Below are positions 59,370 to 64,000 of a stretch of 64,000 nucleotides of DNA, in pieces. A model generated the notes under the pieces. That model had not been told where the DNA came from. It saw only the letters and a program-made list of their open reading frames with translations, and did not search any database. Every line of letters starts with the position of its first letter. Positions within the stretch are counted from its first letter, which is position 1. Source of the DNA: Azolla caroliniana (Eukaryota; Plantae; Polypodiophyta); contig JBHGNT010000016.1 of the NCBI GenBank assembly GCA_043228905.1, positions 9,548,001 through 9,612,000 on the forward strand, read 5' to 3'. Both the position numbers and the translations under genes were made by a program.

Positions 59370-62300
59370 AAGGCCCCCGAGTTTGGTCTTCACCGTCTGC
59401 ATTCGATCTTCCATCTTCTTCACCTTTCCCTCAACTTCGTCTGCTCATTGGTTGGCCCATTCGACCTCCTTCTCCGTTTCCTGGATTTGATCCCATAATT
59501 GTTTATTAGGGATGTGTGGGATCCCAACAAAATCACAATTTTGCATATGTTCTTCTGCTTCCTTCAACTTCTCTTCAACTTGTCAGAGTCGGTCTGATAG
59601 TTTGTCATTACTCTACTTCATTGTTGACCACTCCATATGCATCTGGTTGGCTGCCTTCGTCGCCCTTTAACAAGATTCATCCATTTCCTTTGCCGCTCAT
59701 TCATTCTGGTGAATTCCTAATGTATATCGACGAGAGCAGTGTTAAGAGGAGGTATTTGAATCGACGTAGCTTTATTTTTGTTGTCATAGTGTCGACCGAT
59801 TCGTTGAAGTTCTCTCTCTTCTTCAGGCGCAATATCTCTAAGAATGGCCTTCTAAACCATCTCCTAAACTTTATGCTCCTGGGCCAGTAAGTGGGATGCG
59901 AATTGTAAACTTTTAGTGAGCCAATCCACCAGCTCGTAAGATGTGCCAAACTATTGGAGGGCCGCAAACGCATGGGCCACTGGTGAAATCTCTAGCAAGC
60001 CGAGGACATCATTCGATGACATTGTTGATGCAATCCCCTTCTCCATTGTTCCGCTCTAGGCCGGTTCGATTGGTTCCACAATCAGTTGTTGTTCTGTCGG
60101 TTGTTGTTGCTGTTGTTGCTTAGTCGACGATTGTTGTTCGACTCTACTTTTTTTCTTTGGTTGTTGGTCTTCATGATGCGGTTGTTCTGTGGACACTCAT
60201 TCTGAGGTGAATGGTTGACTCTTCTCCTTCCGTCTGGTTTACTTCGGTTATGGCCGAGTAGCTTTCTATTGTCTTTCAGGTTCGGGTGCCGGTGTCGGCT
60301 CTGGTTGGGACTGTTGATTGGGTTCCGGTTCTGGTTCTGACTGTTGCTGGGTGTCGGGTCTCGTTTCTTAGGACGAGTCCGGTTCTTGTTGGTTGTCAGG
60401 TTCGGTTGCTATCGTTGGATCTAGTTCTTGCCAGACGTCGTGTGGTACCATTCGCCGTACCGATTCCTTCGGCCTTGCCTTGCCTATGATGACTGCCCCT
60501 TGTCCTTCGTCGAGGTCTTAAGTCATGGATCTACTACTGGTGTAGGGCATAACACTACCAGCCATCGTGTAAAGATTGGCTTCATGGCTTTCCCATTCTG
60601 CACCTCGTGTAGCTGTTCTTGAAGCACGACAATAGTAATGTATATAACCAATCAATTTTCTCTGCTTCATATGTGGCAATTATGAACCCAACACTTTGTT
60701 TCGGCATGCAGTATGACCACGGGCTTACACAAACCACTTCCAACAGAAAATTTGCCACATCATGGAAGAAGACATCTAGAACTCCTTTGGCTGAGGGAGA
60801 GTACTCTCTAAAGTATGATTCAAGGATGTTTGCTTCCAAGGTATCCATCATATCATAGCCTTGTTTCTTGAAGTTCAAGAAACGACACACATGTTTTTTC
60901 GTGATTTTGTCGACATCGATTTCTTTCATTATTTCCTCTACCTGTGGATGAGGCTCTAAATCCTCGGTCCGAAGGTATCCTTCCAAGCCATTAGTCTTCA
61001 ACCAGCGACGAACATGCTCAGATATTTGCATCGGCATGTTCTCTTCCTAGTTTACACCATCGTCCGCGATGTCGCTGTTGTTTGTGCTTGATGAAGAGAG
61101 TCAGATTGGCCACTAGTTGTTCGTTTGAACTTCTTTGCTATGCTCGATGTTCCCCTGTTTGTGTGTGTTCTTCGCTTTATTTGGCTGTGTGTCTACATAT
61201 TAGGAATTGACAATGCTTTTCTGTGATAGAAACAGGAGGGGAAAAAGTTTTTCTATTCAAGAGGTCCATCACTCGATATGAAACGTTAGGAAAATAGAAT
61301 CTGTTATTAATCTCTATTTAATGGCCACCACTTGCAATAAGTACTAAAGCATAGGCATGTATGTCCATATATAGTCTGAAAAGGACAGTGCCAAGAAGTA
61401 ATGATTCCAAGATAATTTTTCTATAATGATGCCAAGATTTTAATTTTGGTTTTTTGTTTCTATTTTGTGTTTTAATGCCAATGAATAATAATACTAATAA
61501 TATATATATTTTACAATTATGGCCCGTTGTACTTGTGAGGGTCTACCAACCATCACCAAGTAGTCGGTCGATTGTTGGGTCCTTCGCCTAGTTCGAATGG
61601 ATTAGTTGGGGTTGGTCCCCGATACGGCTTGAGTCGGAACCCATTGACCTAGTTAGGTAAAACTTGATCGGCTAATGTGCCGACCTTATATGTGACATTA
61701 TGGCTATTGATGATCCAATAAGGGATGGTTCACCAAAATCGCAGTTTGCTTGCCATAGACCCCATTTTTGTCTGAAAGACTAAGACTTCTTTGCCGATGT
61801 CAAAAAGTTTTTCCTTACCCCTTCTGTGTTGATCGACAAAAGATTTCGTCTTCCTTTGTTTCTGCTCCAAATGCCACATGGTCTCTGGTCGACTTTCCTC
61901 CAGTGTTAGCAATTGTTCCTTCTAAATTCGTTCTGACTGTTCTTCATCCAATGGCTCTATTACTTGAACTCTTAAACTTGGAATTTGAAATTCAATAGGC
62001 ATGACTGCCTCTAAGCCGAATGCCATCCTAAATGGAGTTGATCAAATCATTGTCTTGTATGTCATTCGATAGGCCCATAAAGCATTGTGTAACTTCTGAT
62101 CCCAATCGTTTCGATTCTCATTTATGATCTTCTTCAGAATAGTTTGGATAGTCTTGTTTGTCAATTCCACCAACCCATTAGCTTGTGGGTAATATGGTGT
62201 ATTTCTTTTATGCACTACTGCATAATAGTTTGATAATTCATAGATGACATTATTAACAAACTGAGTACCTTGATCGCTGACTAATTCCATTGGACAACCG

Positions 62301-64000
62301 AATCTGCACCATATGCATTCATAGAGAAATTTGGCCGTTGAAGCCATTGTATTATACCAAAGAGCTTTGGCTGTGACCCATTTCGTATAGTAGTCAGTGG
62401 CGACTATGACATATCGGTTATCGGTTCTTGCCGCTGCTGGTTTAAATGGCTCGACACAATTGAGACCCCAGTTTTGAAAAGGTTTGAGCGGGAGCACTGG
62501 TTGATGAGGCATCAAATCCTTTTCATTAGGTTGCCTTATTCGTTGACATAAATCAGATTGCTGACAATATTCCACTACGTCTTCCATAGTAGCCGGCCAC
62601 CATAATCCGCTCTTCCAGATTTTCCGAGTTGTCGTTTCTCCTGCATAATGACCTTCTGGCAATACCGCAATGTGCTTCTCATAGAATGATTTCTTTTTTG
62701 AATAGCTGAATCGCCCTCCTCCAAATTCTATCTGCTCCTTTATGTTACAAAGTTTCCTTGCGCAAGCAAAAGTTCCAACTCCGAGCCACTAGCCGTTTCC
62801 GTTCATCAGGTGACATGCCTTTCGGTGGTAATCCTGTACTAAGGAATGTTGTCATCTCTGTAATCAATAAGTTGGTTGTTTCCTCATCGACCTCTGTTGA
62901 ATTCTCAGCCTCGACTCGAAACAGTTGCGCATTTAGAAAGCCATCACAGACACCTATACCTGGCTCCCCCGAATTCAATCAACTTAAATAATCGGCTATT
63001 ACATCTTATACTCCTGGTCGATGGATAACGTTGAATCCAAATTCTTGTAATAATAGTGTCCATCTTGTTAGCTTGCACTAAATATTGTAGAGCAGGTCAT
63101 CATAGTCTTGGTCCAGGATTGTTTTGACACTAAATATAGTAGAGCAGAATGGTCAACATGGAAAGTAAATTTCTGACCCAATAAATAATGCTTGTTCAAC
63201 TTGTTCACATTGTAGATAATGCCAAGAGCCTCCCTTTCGGTTGTTGAATAATTCCGTTTTGCAGTCGAGAACTTTCTGGCTCGCATAATACATTACTCTA
63301 TACCAGTTTGGCTTCGACATGTGCATTAAGGCATCCGTTATCGTGGTCGCATTTAGTTTTCAATAGTACACAGATACCCTGATCTTGCCATTCTTTTTGG
63401 GTACTACAACAATTATCGGGTTGAGCCAAGTAGCCTTCTTGACCGGTCGGATATAACCAACTCGTAGTAGCTTGTCAAATTCCTCTTTTACTTTGACCGC
63501 ATAGTTCGGATTTAGGCAATACCATCGTTGGTGCACCGGCTTCGTATCTTTGTGTAGGTTAATCTGATGCAGATAGAAGGATGGATCTAATCCCTTCATA
63601 TCTTCGAATGACCACACAAACACATCTTTGTATTGTCATAGTAATTCTGTGATCTTTGTCTTTTCAGCCTTCATCTCTTTTCCTATTAGCACCGTTCGCT
63701 CCTCTGTATCCTTGTCGGCCAAATTTAATTCTTCTAATGCAGCAACCTGTACACATTGTGTGACGTGCATTTTTCTCTCCATGGCCTCTTGTTGCAGCCA
63801 TAACTCCTTGAGAGTTTTGTCATCAATTTGAATATCTATCTCTTTTTCATCATCCTCGATGTATGCTGACATTATTTTGACGATGTCAATTTCAAACAGG
63901 GGAATAATCTTCAGATTGTCTTCGAAATACTACTTCCAACCCTTCCATCATATTGACTGCTTCAGCATATAAAAGCACACATTGTCATGATGTTGCGGCC
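59370..64000 (-). mobile_element. Degenerate non-chromovirus Ty3/gypsy element (gypsy J, related to C), running off the window
   Basis: RT start 63360-63623, RNase H 63068-63286, integrase 62042-62662 (GHYAG, ATDYYTKWV, SDQGTQF, PQANG), extra ORF region downstream. Confidence 0.82.
60582..61037 (-). pseudogene. Extra post-integrase ORF of gypsy J (homologue of 46000-46524)
   Basis: MP..IS...RRWL...G.EGY......PHP.V.EI.K...VD.IT, LE.YF.EYS.SAK, FF..V..FLLEV.CV....Y.MPKQ, .DW. Confidence 0.65.

Overview
Eukaryotic, land-plant-type genomic DNA; the TE families suggest a non-seed plant such as a fern, lycophyte or bryophyte (inference). One host gene sits near the start: an intronless Core-2/I-branching (GT14-like/DUF266, BC10-like) glycosyltransferase at 3910-5424 with a (TCA)36 poly-Ser tract. 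From about 6.4 kb to the end the window is a nest of transposable elements. These are a hAT-type non-autonomous element, five Ty3/gypsy remnants (labelled A, C, G, I, J), five Ty1/copia insertions (B, D, E, F, H; H is intact and very young), and a complete 5.9-kb TIR DNA transposon (8811-14705) inserted in a gypsy gag. That DNA transposon is the most unusual object. It carries an intact 926-aa Sola-like DDD transposase, a candidate divergently transcribed second gene, and an 8-unit palindromic array with an exact 51-bp period. Other notable items are a 295-bp foldback made of two inverted LTR U3 ends with a 5-bp TSD, a Tf1-type self-priming signature, an extra post-integrase ORF shared by two gypsy elements, and duplicated, hairpin-enclosed PPTs in the copia elements. 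All calls were made by eye; no database searches were run.
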